Source of the DNA: Acidimicrobiales bacterium
GTDB lineage: Bacteria > Actinomycetota > Acidimicrobiia > Acidimicrobiales > QHCF01
Assembly: GCA_036806345.1 (NCBI GenBank)
Contig: DAIROT010000009.1
Location: 1 to 58,692 of the forward strand
Length of the DNA: 58,692 nt
Direction of reading: 5' to 3'
Below are positions 28,810 through 38,292 of this stretch, piece by piece. The translations under genes and the position numbers were made by a program. Under the pieces are notes generated by a model. That model was not told where the DNA came from, did not search any database, and saw only the letters and a list, made by a program, of their open reading frames with translations. Each line of letters begins with the position of its first letter. Within the stretch, counting starts at the first letter, position 1.

Positions 28810-30132
28810 GTGACTCCAAGCGCAGGCTCCCATGACGTCTTGGTGGTGGGGGGCGGCCCGGCCGGAGCGGCCTGCGCGTACTGGCTGGCCAGCGCCGGCC
28901 ATGACGTGGCCCTGGTGGAGAAGAAGCGGTTCCCTCGGGTCAAGACCTGCGGGGACGGCCTCACCCCCCGGGCCGTGCGCCAGCTCCAGGACATGGGCCT
29001 GGGCTCGGCCCTCGGTGCCCACCACCGCTTCGACGGGCTGCGGGCCCTGGCCTTCGGGCGCACCCTGGAGCTGGCCTGGCCCTCACATCCCGATTTCCCT
29101 CCCTACGGCTATGTGGTCACCCGCCACGACCTGGACCAGCTGGTGGCCGAGCGGGCCGAGGGGGCCGGGGCCACCGTCTGGCAGGGGGCGGAGGCCACCG
29201 ATCCGCTGGTGGAGGACGGCGTGGTGCGGGGCGCAATGGTCAAGCGGGGCGGCGCGGTGGAGGAGGTCCGGGCCCGCCAGGTGGTGGTGGCCGACGGGGC
29301 CAACTCACGGTTCGGACGAGCCCTGGGCACGGCGCGGGACAAGGAGTGGCCACAGGGCATGGCCATCCGGGGGTATTTTCGCTCGCCCCGCCACGACGAA
29401 CCCTGGATCGAGTCGCACCTCGACATCCGGGACAAGGCCGGCAACGTGCTGCCCGGCTACGGTTGGGTCTTCCCGGTGGGCGACGGCCGGGTCAACGTCG
29501 GCATCGGCCTGCTGTCCACCTCGCCCCGGTGGAAGGCGGTCAACACCACCCACCTGATGGAGGCCTTCGTGGAGGCGGTGCCTGCCTCGTGGGGCGTCTC
29601 GCCGGCCACCTCGTGCGGGCCTCCCACCGGGGGGCGCCTGCCCATGGGGCTGTCGGTCGGCCCCCGGGTGGGACCGGGCTGGCTGGTGGTGGGCGACGCC
29701 GGGGCTTCGATCAACCCCTTCAATGGCGAGGGCATCGCCTACGCTTATGAGACCGGGCGCCTGGCGGCGGGTGAGCTGGGGCGGGCCCTAGTCAGTCCGG
29801 GTGGGGGCCTGGTGGTGGACTCATATCGGGCCGCCCTGGAGGAGCGTTACGGGCTTTACTACCGGGTGGCCCGGGCATTCGTGCGGATTATCGGCCGGCC
29901 CCGGCTGATGCGGGCCATGGTGGGCACCGGCATGCACAGCGCCACCCTGATGGAGTGGGTGATGCGCATCATGGCCAACTTGTTGCGCCCCGACCAGCTG
30001 GGGCCGGCCGAGGCTGCCTACCGGGCAGTGGCCGCCATCGCCCGCCTGGCCCCGGAGCCTCCGGCCCCGGCCACCGGGCTGGCGGTCGGAGCGCCGGCGC
30101 TTGAATCGGAACCGGCCTCGCCCGCCGCCTGA
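28810..30132 (+). CDS. Geranylgeranyl reductase family FAD-dependent oxidoreductase (MenJ-like)
   Basis: 440 aa. FAD fingerprint DVLVVGGGPAGAACAYWLA..G..V.LVEK..FPR.K.CGDGLTPRAV and later LVVGDAGASINPFNGEGI. Confidence 0.85.
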   Translation: MTPSAGSHDVLVVGGGPAGAACAYWLASAGHDVALVEKKRFPRVKTCGDGLTPRAVRQLQDMGLGSALGAHHRFDGLRALAFGRTLELAWPSHPDFPPYGYVVTRHDLDQLVAERAEGAGATVWQGAEATDPLVEDGVVRGAMVKRGGAVEEVRARQVVVADGANSRFGRALGTARDKEWPQGMAIRGYFRSPRHDEPWIESHLDIRDKAGNVLPGYGWVFPVGDGRVNVGIGLLSTSPRWKAVNTTHLMEAFVEAVPASWGVSPATSCGPPTGGRLPMGLSVGPRVGPGWLVVGDAGASINPFNGEGIAYAYETGRLAAGELGRALVSPGGGLVVDSYRAALEERYGLYYRVARAFVRIIGRPRLMRAMVGTGMHSATLMEWVMRIMANLLRPDQLGPAEAAYRAVAAIARLAPEPPAPATGLAVGAPALESEPASPAA

Positions 30133-30169
30133 GGGGCCCGGCTAGCGGTACGACCGGTGCCAGGCCGTG

Positions 30170-30388
30170 TCAGTGGGTTGGCTGGCCTCCGGCCCTGAGG
30201 AACTCAAGGATGGTGCCAACGTCACGGCGCAGCCCGGCGAGCTCTTGCCCGAACTCCTCCAGGCGGTTGTCTTGTCGTCGCTGTCTGGCCTGTATCGCGT
30301 TTACCTCTTGCCCGATTTCCTCCAGCCGCCGGTCGTGGCGTTCCTGCGTGGTCTGGATGGCGTTGAGGAGGTTGTAGATGGCGCCCAT
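30170..30388 (-). CDS. Hypothetical small coiled-coil protein with an internal duplication
   Basis: 72 aa with G/C-rich third positions. Internal repeat RRLEEIGQEVNAIQ / NRLEEFGQELAGLR. No family recognised. Confidence 0.45.
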   Translation of the reverse strand: MGAIYNLLNAIQTTQERHDRRLEEIGQEVNAIQARQRRQDNRLEEFGQELAGLRRDVGTILEFLRAGGQPTH

Positions 30389-30457
30389 GTCGTTGTCGAG
30401 CTGGTTGACCTTGCGGACCAGGTCAGGGGGGTGGCGACATGCTCACGGTTCTCAAAG

Positions 30458-31759
30458 CTACAACTGCTCGGCCGACACCGCCCGAGCCGCGGCGGTCGCT
30501 GCCTCGACGGTCAGCTCGAAGTCTTCGGCGGTGTGGGCCAGGCTGGGAAAGGTCACCTCATACGGGCCAGGGGCAAGGGCCACGCCTCGGGCCAGCATGG
30601 CCCGGAAGAAGGCCGGATAGTGCCCTGTGCCAGCCGATGCTCTGGCCCCGTCAAAGTCGGTCACCGGCGCCTCGCCGAAGAACAGACCGAGCAGCGGCCC
30701 GACCACCGGCACCTGGGCGGCTACGCCAGCATCGCCCAGGGCGACGGACAGGTCCCGTCCCAGCTGGGCCACCCTGGCCGAGAGGTCGCGGTAGGTCTCG
30801 GTGTCGAGCTGGGCGAGCACTGCCAGTCCGGCCGCGGTGGCCACCGGGTTACCCGACAGGGTCCCGGCCTGGTAAACGGGGCCGTCGGGAGCAAGCACGC
30901 CCATGACATCCCGCCGGCCGCCGAAGGCCCCCATGGGCAGCCCGCCGCCGATGACCTTGCCGAAGCACCAGAGGTCGGGTTGCACACCGGTCAGCTGGCT
31001 GGCCCCGCCATGGGCCACTCGAAAGCCGGTGATGACCTCATCGAAGATCAGCAGCGCCCCGCTGGCGTCGCAGGCTCGTCGGAGGCCTTCGAGAAAACCA
31101 GGGACCGGAGCGACCAGGCCCATGTTGGCCGCCACCGGCTCCACGATCACGCAGGCCACGTCGGGGCCGACATCGGGCATCTGGTTATAGGGGACGACGA
31201 GCGTGTGAGCTACCGCGGCGGGCGGCACACCGGCCGAGCCAGGCAGGCCGAGGGTGGCCACACCACTGCCTCCCCCGGCCAGCAGTCCGTCGCTGTGGCC
31301 GTGGTAGCAGCCGGCGAACTTGACCACCCCCGGGCGCCCGGTAAAGCCCCGAGCCACTCGGACCGCGCTCATGGCCGCCTCGGTGCCGCTGGAGACCAGA
31401 CGCACCAGCTCACAGCCGGGCACCCGCTCGCAGATGGCTTCGGCCAGGAGCACCTCCCGCTCGGTGGGAGCACCGAAGGTCGTCCCATCCGCCGCCGCCC
31501 GGGCCACTGCCTCCACCACTGCTGGGTGGGCGTGGCCAAGGATCGACGCCCCATAGGACTGGACGTAGTCCAGCAGGCGCCTCCCCTCCACGTCCCAGAC
31601 GTAGGCGCCCCGCCCTCGGGCCACGAAATATGGCGCCCCGCCCACCGAGTTGAATGCCCTCACCGGCGAGTTGACCCCCCCAGGGGTCACCGCCCGAGCC
31701 CGTAGCTCCAAGCCGGCGTTGGTGAGCCCACGGGCCCCTGGCAGCGGCCGCTCAGCCAC
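30458..31759 (-). CDS. hemL: Glutamate-1-semialdehyde 2,1-aminomutase
   Basis: 433 aa. Motifs GGVNSPVRAF, LLIFDEVITGFR and FGKVIGGGLPMGAFGG are typical of HemL. Confidence 0.95.
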   Translation of the reverse strand: MAERPLPGARGLTNAGLELRARAVTPGGVNSPVRAFNSVGGAPYFVARGRGAYVWDVEGRRLLDYVQSYGASILGHAHPAVVEAVARAAADGTTFGAPTEREVLLAEAICERVPGCELVRLVSSGTEAAMSAVRVARGFTGRPGVVKFAGCYHGHSDGLLAGGGSGVATLGLPGSAGVPPAAVAHTLVVPYNQMPDVGPDVACVIVEPVAANMGLVAPVPGFLEGLRRACDASGALLIFDEVITGFRVAHGGASQLTGVQPDLWCFGKVIGGGLPMGAFGGRRDVMGVLAPDGPVYQAGTLSGNPVATAAGLAVLAQLDTETYRDLSARVAQLGRDLSVALGDAGVAAQVPVVGPLLGLFFGEAPVTDFDGARASAGTGHYPAFFRAMLARGVALAPGPYEVTFPSLAHTAEDFELTVEAATAAARAVSAEQL

Positions 31760-32178
31760 TCAACGCCTCGGCCAACTTGGCAGCCCGGTAGATGAGCACG
31801 CGGTGGGCGTCGACCCACCTGATTGCACTGACCTGCTCACGCTCACTGCTGCGAGTGCTCAAGCGCGTATCGTGCTGGCGAAGCATCAGGTTCATGGCCT
31901 TCTTGACGGCGCTCTTTGCTGCATCGACGGTCTTCCTTTGGGGATGTATGACAGCCCCGCAGCGGTGCTGCTGGTGATTGTCTGGGGATTTCCCTTGTGG
32001 GCCCTTTTTGGGTTCTTCTACGTCGTCTGGGGTTTACGATGAAAGGATCCCTTCTAGGTAGACCAAGAGTTGTGACCCCTCACCTGAACGGGTGCCTCGA
32101 TCTACACCAGCCTCGGAACCTTGCCCGAGCCAAGTAATACTCTGCCAGCAGCGTCTCTGGATTCGGTCCACCAGCTGC

Positions 32179-33162
32179 TCAACTACCCAGCAGCTCGGCC
32201 AGGTCGGCGGCCAGGTAGGTGAGGATGAGGTCCGCACCGGCCCGCTTGACGGCGCTGACATGCTCCAGGGCCACCGCCGGACCGTCTATCCAGCCCCGCT
32301 CGGCTGCCGCCTTGATCATGGCGTACTCACCACTGGTGTGATAGGCGGCCACCGGGACGTCGACCGCGCCAGCCACCTCGGCGACGACGTCCAGGTAGGC
32401 CAGCGCCGGCTTGACCATCACCATGTCGGCTCCCTCGGCCACGTCCAGGGCCACCTCGGCCCGCGCCTCCTGGCGGTTGCGGAAGTCCTGCTGGTAGCCC
32501 CGGCGGTCGCCCCCGCCGGCGATGCTCACCTCTACTGCATCGCGAAAAGGACCGTAGAGAGCCGACGCGTATTTGGCCGCGTACGCCAAGATGGCCACCT
32601 CCGAGTGGCCTACTCCATCCAGGGCGGCTCGGATGGCCCCCACCTGGCCGTCCATCATCCCGCTGGGCGCCACCACATCGGCTCCGGCCTCGGCCTGGGC
32701 CACGGCGACCCGGGCGTAGAGGTCAAGGGTGGCGTCGTTGTCCACTGAGCCCGACGGCCGCACGACACCACAATGACCGTGGTCGGTGTACTCGTCCAGG
32801 CACAGGTCGGCCATGACGACCATGGCGTCACCCAGCTCGTCCCGCAGCTCCCCCAGGGCCACCTGGGCGATGCCGTCGGGGGCCCACGCCTGCGAGCCAG
32901 TGGCGTCGCGCTGGCAGGGTATGCCGAACAGGATCAGGGCCGGGACGCCCAGTGTCACCAGTCGGTGGGCCTCCTTCACCAGCGAGGCGGTGGTGTGCTG
33001 GACTACACCGGGCATCGAGGCGACCGGGCGGGGGGTGTCGATCCCCTCGCGCACGAACAGAGGCGCCACCAGATCGTCCACTGATAACCGGGTCTCGGCC
33101 ACCAGACGCCGCAGTGCCGGCGTCCGGCGCAACCGGCGCATGCGACGGGCCGGGTAGCTCAC
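32179..33162 (-). CDS. hemB: Porphobilinogen synthase (delta-aminolevulinate dehydratase)
   Basis: The GTG start gives VSYPARRMRRLRRTPALRRLVAETRLSVDDLVAPLFVREG, the canonical HemB N-terminus. Also contains MVKPALAYLDV and YHTSGEYAM. The ORF-track start at 33372 is judged an over-extension. Confidence 0.92.
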   Translation of the reverse strand: MSYPARRMRRLRRTPALRRLVAETRLSVDDLVAPLFVREGIDTPRPVASMPGVVQHTTASLVKEAHRLVTLGVPALILFGIPCQRDATGSQAWAPDGIAQVALGELRDELGDAMVVMADLCLDEYTDHGHCGVVRPSGSVDNDATLDLYARVAVAQAEAGADVVAPSGMMDGQVGAIRAALDGVGHSEVAILAYAAKYASALYGPFRDAVEVSIAGGGDRRGYQQDFRNRQEARAEVALDVAEGADMVMVKPALAYLDVVAEVAGAVDVPVAAYHTSGEYAMIKAAAERGWIDGPAVALEHVSAVKRAGADLILTYLAADLAELLGS

Positions 33163-33253
33163 CGGGGATCGGCCAACGCGTAAGTGGGGGCACACCCGTG
33201 GGCCTGGAGGAGGCATTTTTCGAGCAAGACACGGGCCCCGATCGGCGAGAGCA

Positions 33254-33820
33254 TCAGAGCGGATCGAGCATGTCGTCCACGTTGACGGCCACACCGGGCA
33301 GCCCTGCGACCTCGAGGGTCTCGCCCCGTTGGGCGTGGTGGAGGTCCCGGTACCCGACTGCTCCTGGGCCACTCAGCACCAGGACCTCGTCGGCGGCCAG
33401 GTTGACGATCCACACTGTCGGAATGCCGGCCGCTGCGTAGCGGGGGGCCTTCTTGTCCCGGTCCCAGGCGAGGGAGGTGTCGGAGACCTCGACCAGGAGA
33501 AGGGTGTCCCTGGCGCCAGGGGTGGCGCCAGCGTAGAAATCGGCCCGGGGAAGGAGCAGCGTCAGGTCGGGTTGGGGCTCGGAGTAGTCGCCGAGCCTGA
33601 CCGGGTTCTGGACCGAGACGATGGCCTGGTCCCCGACCGCCACCACCAGCAGACGGTTGAGGCGGTTGACGCAGGCCAGGTGGCGATTACCGATGGGCGA
33701 CATCTGGATGACCTCTCCGTCCAGCAGCTCGACCCGGGGGTTCTCGTGGAACAGCCCGGCCTCACCCATCTGATGCCACTCCTCGACGCTGAACGTGTAC
33801 CGGGCCGGCGCGACGGACAT
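33254..33820 (-). CDS. Uma2 family (DUF820) PD-(D/E)xK-like putative endonuclease
   Basis: 188 aa from MSVAPARYTFSVEEWHQM. Pattern ELLDGEVIQMSPIGNRH...PDLTLL...LLVEVSDTSLAWDRDKKAPRYAAAGIPTVWIVNL matches Uma2. Confidence 0.8.
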   Translation of the reverse strand: MSVAPARYTFSVEEWHQMGEAGLFHENPRVELLDGEVIQMSPIGNRHLACVNRLNRLLVVAVGDQAIVSVQNPVRLGDYSEPQPDLTLLLPRADFYAGATPGARDTLLLVEVSDTSLAWDRDKKAPRYAAAGIPTVWIVNLAADEVLVLSGPGAVGYRDLHHAQRGETLEVAGLPGVAVNVDDMLDPL

Positions 33821-33830
33821 GCCCGTCAGC

Positions 33831-35090
33831 CTACGCCGGAGATCCGTCGGTGGGCACCCGACGGGAGGCCGGATGTGCAACTTTGGGACGTCTCCGGACC
33901 CTGAGGACCAACGCTCCCTCGCCCACTGCGATCACCGACGCGGCCAGCAGCCCAGCGGTGGCCCCGGCCGTCTCTGGCCCGACGGGTAGGGCAGCCCGGA
34001 TGATGAGGAGAGGCACGGTGAACCCGATGGCGGCCACCGAGCCGAGTCCCAGCAGAGACCGCCGTTCCAGGCGAGTGGCGGGCGAGCTGCTCCCCAGGCG
34101 CCGGACCAGCCAGGTGGTGGCGGTGATCCCCAGTGGCTTGCCGATGATGCGCGCCACCGCCACAGCCGCGAAGATTCGCAGGGCCACGGGAGTGCCCAGG
34201 CCAGATCCGACAAAGCTCAGCCCGACGTTGGCCACCGCGAAGACGGGCAGGACCACCACGTTTACCCACGGCTCCAGGCGCAGCTCCCACCGCCTGACAC
34301 CGGGGGCCACCACTCCCGCCTGGCCCTCCTGGCGGGAGCGGCTCCTCGGCGCCAGGGCGCCGATGGCGGCACCAATCACCGACGCCTCCACCCCAGCCTT
34401 GAGCATCGCCCACCAGGCCACCATGCCAAGTGCCAGGATGGCCCAGCCGGGCGGCTGCCATCTCAGTCGGGCCACAGTCATCACGACCAGACAGCCCAGG
34501 CCTCCCAGCAGCCAATCGAAGCTGATCCGCTGGCTGTAGAAAATCACGAGAATGATGATGGACAAGATGTCGTCGGCTACGGCCAGCGTCATTAGGAATG
34601 TCCGGGCTCGGGCCGATACCCCCCGCCCCAGCAGGGCCAGCGCCCCCAGGGCAAAGGCCACATCGGTGGCCATGGGGATGCCCCACCCGTGGCTGCCCTG
34701 GCCGCCTGCCACCCAGACCGCGTAGATGAGGGCAGGAACGGCCATTCCACCCACCGCGGCCAGGACCGGCACTGCCGCCCGACGCCATGAGCGCAGTTCC
34801 CCCGCCACCACCTCCCTGCGGATCTCCAGTCCCACACCGGCAAAGAACCCGAGCATCAATCCCTCGTTCACCCAGTCTCGCACTGACAGATGCAGGCCCA
34901 GCGGGCGAGACCACGGGGCCATGGCGTCCCAGACGCGCAGGTAAGAGTGGCTACCCGGCCAGTTGGCCCAAGCCAGGGCGACCACTGAGGCGACGGTGAG
35001 GGCGATGCCGCCGACCCGATCACCCCTGACGGCCTGGACCATCCAGCTCCATCTGGTGACGGACTTTGCGGGGGCCTGGGGCTTGGTCAT
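33831..35090 (-). CDS. nhaA: Na+/H+ antiporter NhaA
   Basis: About 420 aa. Motifs WVNEGLMLGFFAGVGLEIRREV, WGIPMATDVAFALG and PVFAVANVG. Start taken at MTKPQ (35090); the ORF-track start is 35141. Confidence 0.88.
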   Translation of the reverse strand: MTKPQAPAKSVTRWSWMVQAVRGDRVGGIALTVASVVALAWANWPGSHSYLRVWDAMAPWSRPLGLHLSVRDWVNEGLMLGFFAGVGLEIRREVVAGELRSWRRAAVPVLAAVGGMAVPALIYAVWVAGGQGSHGWGIPMATDVAFALGALALLGRGVSARARTFLMTLAVADDILSIIILVIFYSQRISFDWLLGGLGCLVVMTVARLRWQPPGWAILALGMVAWWAMLKAGVEASVIGAAIGALAPRSRSRQEGQAGVVAPGVRRWELRLEPWVNVVVLPVFAVANVGLSFVGSGLGTPVALRIFAAVAVARIIGKPLGITATTWLVRRLGSSSPATRLERRSLLGLGSVAAIGFTVPLLIIRAALPVGPETAGATAGLLAASVIAVGEGALVLRVRRRPKVAHPASRRVPTDGSPA

Positions 35091-35242
35091 ATCTCCGATC
35101 GCGAGGTCGCTACTCGCCGACCAGACTTCCCGGCACGCCAACTCTCATGTTAGCCCGCCGGCCAGGTGGGTGTGTCGTTTCCCTCCGATCGATCGAGAGG
35201 TCATTCGCTCGTAGCCGGCTCGATGGGTGAGAGGACGAGGGG

Positions 35243-35684
35243 ATGCCGGTGTTGCGCCTCGGTCCCGCCGCTTCCATACGGGCGGGTGAGGATCTCCAGA
35301 GTGAGCAGACCATTCGCCGCCCCTACGACTCGCCTCGCCGACGGGACCAGGCCCAAGCGACACGAGCCGACATCGCCGCCGCCGCCGCCGCCGCCCGAAG
35401 ATTGTTCATGGCTCGCGGCTGGGCCGGCACCCGGGTGCGCGAGCCTGACCTTGCTGCCGCCTATCTACAGGGCCGAGCCCGGGGCGACCGAATCCGCCGG
35501 CAGGTCTTTCCCGCTGGCCGCCACGGACGCTTCGAGAAGGGCTCGGCTGCCAGTTGGCCATCGATACATACGCCGCGTTATGCAACGTTGATGTCTACCG
35601 TGTCCTTACCGAGAGCGAGGTTGGTCGCCCGACAAGATCGAGCGGTGGTGGCGCGATTCGCTGATCCGCCTCCTGCTGGGGTGA
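35243..35684 (+). pseudogene. TetR/AcrR-family regulator relic (frameshifted and internally shortened)
   Basis: Frame a reads RRPYDSPRRRDQAQATRADIAAAAAAARRLFMARGWAGTRVRE, a typical TetR N-terminus/HTH. Two other frames give LAIDTYAALCNVDVYRVLTESE and GWSPDKIERWWRDSLIRLLLG*, a typical TetR C-terminus. Total coding capacity is only about 130 aa. Confidence 0.5.
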
Positions 35685-35907
35685 TCAGCCGCTCCGGTAC
35701 AGGGTCGCCTACCAGGACACGATCCCCGCCATCCCCGGCCGCCGACGGAAAGACCGCCCCCGCCGCAGGATCCGCCGCCGGGGCGCCGGCAATCCGAATC
35801 AACAGCGACGCCCACTGCATCCAAGCTCGAGGCCAGCCCATGATAGCCCCGCGGCGGATTGGAATCTCCCTGATTGCGACTGGTAACGGCGCCCCCAGGA
35901 GGTGGAG

Positions 35908-37383
35908 TCAAGTAGCGGGCCAGCGGCACGAATTGGCAAGAGCGCTCACCAGGGCCGCCACCAGGCCATCGAGGGTGTGGTCCTCGGCCACCACGTCCAC
36001 CCGGACGCCGGCATCTCGGGCGGCAGCGGCCGTCACTGGGCCGATGCAGGCGACCACCGGAGGCATCCTGTTGATGCCCGCCACCTCCAGGAATCCCGTC
36101 ACGGTCGACGCCGAGGTGAAGGCCACCGCGTCGGCGCCGGCCACCGCGGCCAGGGCTCCGGCCGACGGGCGGGGCAGGCCAGTCCGGTAGGCCTCTACCA
36201 CATCGACCTCCCAGCCCAGGTCCCGCAATCGCTCGGGCAGCACCTCGCGGGCCACCGCCGCCCTGGGAAGCAACACTCGCCGGCCGGCTCCATCCGGTGC
36301 CGGAAAATCGTCGAGCAGCGCCTCCGCCACGAAGCGTTCCGGGGCCAGGTCGGCCACCAGGCAGCGCTCGGCCAGAGCGGCGGAGGTACCCGGACCGATG
36401 GCCGCCAGCTTGGCCGACCCCAGGTCTCGACCGTCTCGCAACAGGCCGACCAGGCGAGTCACTGCGTTGGCAGACGTGAATACCACCCAGTCATACGTGC
36501 CAGCCCGCGCCGCTGCCGCTCGTAGGGCCTGGCCTCCGTCCGCCGGTTCACCGATCTCGATCACGGCCAGCTCCACTGCCTCGGCCCCCCGTGCTCGCAG
36601 GCGATCGACAAGGGCCGGCGCCTGGCCGCTCGAACGGGTGACCACCACCTTGCGTCCCAGCAGGGGGCGGCGCTCGAACCAGGACAGATCAAGGCTCGCC
36701 ACCGCCCCGATCACGATGGTGGCCGGGGGCTCCAGTGCGGCAACACCCAAGTCCGCCAGGGTGGTCCGCATGCTGAGCTGAGCAGATCGAGTGCCCCAGC
36801 GCACGGCCAGGACGGGCGTCGTGTCCGCCAGGCCACCAGCCATCAGCCGCCTGGCGATGTCGGCCCGGTGGGCCACCCCCATCAGCACGACAACAGTGCC
36901 TCCCACCTTGGCCAAGGCCTCCCAGTCGACCTCATGGTCCACGGCGTGGCGGCTGTGCCCGGTGACGACCGTGAACGCGGCCGACAACCCTCGATGGGTC
37001 AGAGGTACGCCGGCGTAGGCCGGCACCCCCACCGCCGCCGTCACCCCCGGAACCACTTCGAAGTCGACGCCAGCATCCAACAGGGCCTGGGCCTCCTCTC
37101 CGCCGCGCCCAAACACGAAGGGATCACCCCCCTTGAGCCTGACCACTGCCTGGCCTGCTCGGGCTCGGGCCACCAGCAGCGCATTGATGTCATCCTGAGC
37201 GACCGGAGCACCCGGGCTCTTGCCCACATCTACCCGGTCAGCCCGGGCCGGCGCCAACCTGAGCAGGTAGGGATCGGCCAGCCGATCGTGGACGACCACG
37301 TCAGCCCGGGCCAGGACCTCAGCCCCCCTGACGGTCAGCAGCCCGGGATCGCCCGGCCCGGCTCCCACCAGGTAAACCGTCAC
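35908..37383 (-). CDS. cobA/hemD: Bifunctional uroporphyrinogen-III C-methyltransferase / uroporphyrinogen-III synthase
   Basis: The GTG start gives VTVYLVGAGPGDPGLLTVRG...VRLKGGDPFVFGRGGEE (SUMT domain), followed by an HEM4-like domain (RKVVVTRS...FTSANAV...AIGPGT). The ORF-track start at 37734 overlaps hemC. Confidence 0.9.
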   Translation of the reverse strand: MTVYLVGAGPGDPGLLTVRGAEVLARADVVVHDRLADPYLLRLAPARADRVDVGKSPGAPVAQDDINALLVARARAGQAVVRLKGGDPFVFGRGGEEAQALLDAGVDFEVVPGVTAAVGVPAYAGVPLTHRGLSAAFTVVTGHSRHAVDHEVDWEALAKVGGTVVVLMGVAHRADIARRLMAGGLADTTPVLAVRWGTRSAQLSMRTTLADLGVAALEPPATIVIGAVASLDLSWFERRPLLGRKVVVTRSSGQAPALVDRLRARGAEAVELAVIEIGEPADGGQALRAAAARAGTYDWVVFTSANAVTRLVGLLRDGRDLGSAKLAAIGPGTSAALAERCLVADLAPERFVAEALLDDFPAPDGAGRRVLLPRAAVAREVLPERLRDLGWEVDVVEAYRTGLPRPSAGALAAVAGADAVAFTSASTVTGFLEVAGINRMPPVVACIGPVTAAAARDAGVRVDVVAEDHTLDGLVAALVSALANSCRWPAT

Positions 37384-37396
37384 CCGCGGTGGGCAT

Positions 37397-38287
37397 TCAC
37401 GCCGGCCCGACTCCCTCCAACAGCGCTCTTCCTCCGCATTCGTCCAGGAGCTGGCGGGCCAGGGCAGAACCCAACGCCGTCGGATCGTCACCCACCAGGG
37501 ACTGGCGCAGGAGAACCAGCCCGTCCAGGCTGGCCAACAGACCATCCAGGCGCAGGCCACCATCATCCCCCTCCGGACGGGCCCACGCCCCCACGGGGAG
37601 GTCGCATCCACCACCCAGGCAAGCCAGGAACGCCCGCTCGGCGTCCACCGCCCGGCGGGACGGCCAGTCCTCGATGCGCGCCACCGCCTCCAGCACCGCC
37701 TCGTCGTCGGCCCGGCACTCAACAGCCAGGGCACCCTGGCCTACCTGAGGCAGCAGCACCGAGGGATCCAGCACCTCCGCTGCGTCGCGGGCTCGGCCGA
37801 GGCGCTGGAGGGCCGCATGGGCCACCACCGCCGCTCCCCCCGTCGGGACTCGCTCCAGCCGGGTCGGGATCGCACCCCGCAGACCGGTGAAGGTCAGGTC
37901 CGGTCTGGTCCACGCCAGCTGCGCCCGTCGGCGGACCGACCCGGTGGCCACCACCGAACCCGGGGCCAGGGCGTGAAGCGGCGCCCCAACCAGGGCATCG
38001 CGTGGGTCGCCCCGCTCGGGGACGGCTGCCAGGACCAGCCCCGGCCAGGTGGCGGACGGCAGATCCTTGGCCGAGTGCACAGCCAGGTCGGCCCGACCCT
38101 CGAGCACGGCCGCCGAGACCTCCTTGACGAAGACGCCAGTGCCGCCCATCTCCCACACCGGTACGCCTTCCAGGCGGTCGCCGGTCGTGGAGACCACACT
38201 GACCTCGGCCGGCACGCCCAGCGCGGCCACCACCTGGTCTGCCTGCCACCGAGCCAGTTGGCTGCCCCTGGTAGCCACCCGTAGCAT
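37397..38287 (-). CDS. hemC: Hydroxymethylbilane synthase (porphobilinogen deaminase)
   Basis: 296 aa from MLRVATRGSQLARWQA. Motifs TTGDR, VHSAKDLP, LRGAIPTRL and CDLPVGAWA. The long ORF-track N-terminal extension to 39073 overlaps hemA and is judged spurious. Confidence 0.92.
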   Translation of the reverse strand: MLRVATRGSQLARWQADQVVAALGVPAEVSVVSTTGDRLEGVPVWEMGGTGVFVKEVSAAVLEGRADLAVHSAKDLPSATWPGLVLAAVPERGDPRDALVGAPLHALAPGSVVATGSVRRRAQLAWTRPDLTFTGLRGAIPTRLERVPTGGAAVVAHAALQRLGRARDAAEVLDPSVLLPQVGQGALAVECRADDEAVLEAVARIEDWPSRRAVDAERAFLACLGGGCDLPVGAWARPEGDDGGLRLDGLLASLDGLVLLRQSLVGDDPTALGSALARQLLDECGGRALLEGVGPA

Positions 38288-38292
38288 CGGGG

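Noticed and set aside
31752-32178. About 420-bp AT-richer spacer between hemB and hemL. It holds a 48-codon minus-strand ORF (MNLMLRQHDTRLSTRSSEREQVSAIRWVDAHRVLIYRAAKLAEALSG) overlapping the hemL start, and a partial palindrome TTGTGACCCCTCAC (about 32071-32084) resembling half of a Rex operator.
   Set aside because: The ORF is short, has no Shine-Dalgarno or family signature, and its open frame upstream has no start codon. The palindrome has only 4-bp arms and does not match the 18-bp Rex box. Neither is enough to call a gene or an operator.
35685-36190. The part of plus-strand ORF 35243..36190 (315 aa) that lies downstream of the TetR-like N-terminus.
   Set aside because: After about residue 70 the translation loses TetR character and runs antisense into cobA/hemD. 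The genuine TetR C-terminus is in another frame and stops at 35684, so only a frameshifted relic was annotated.
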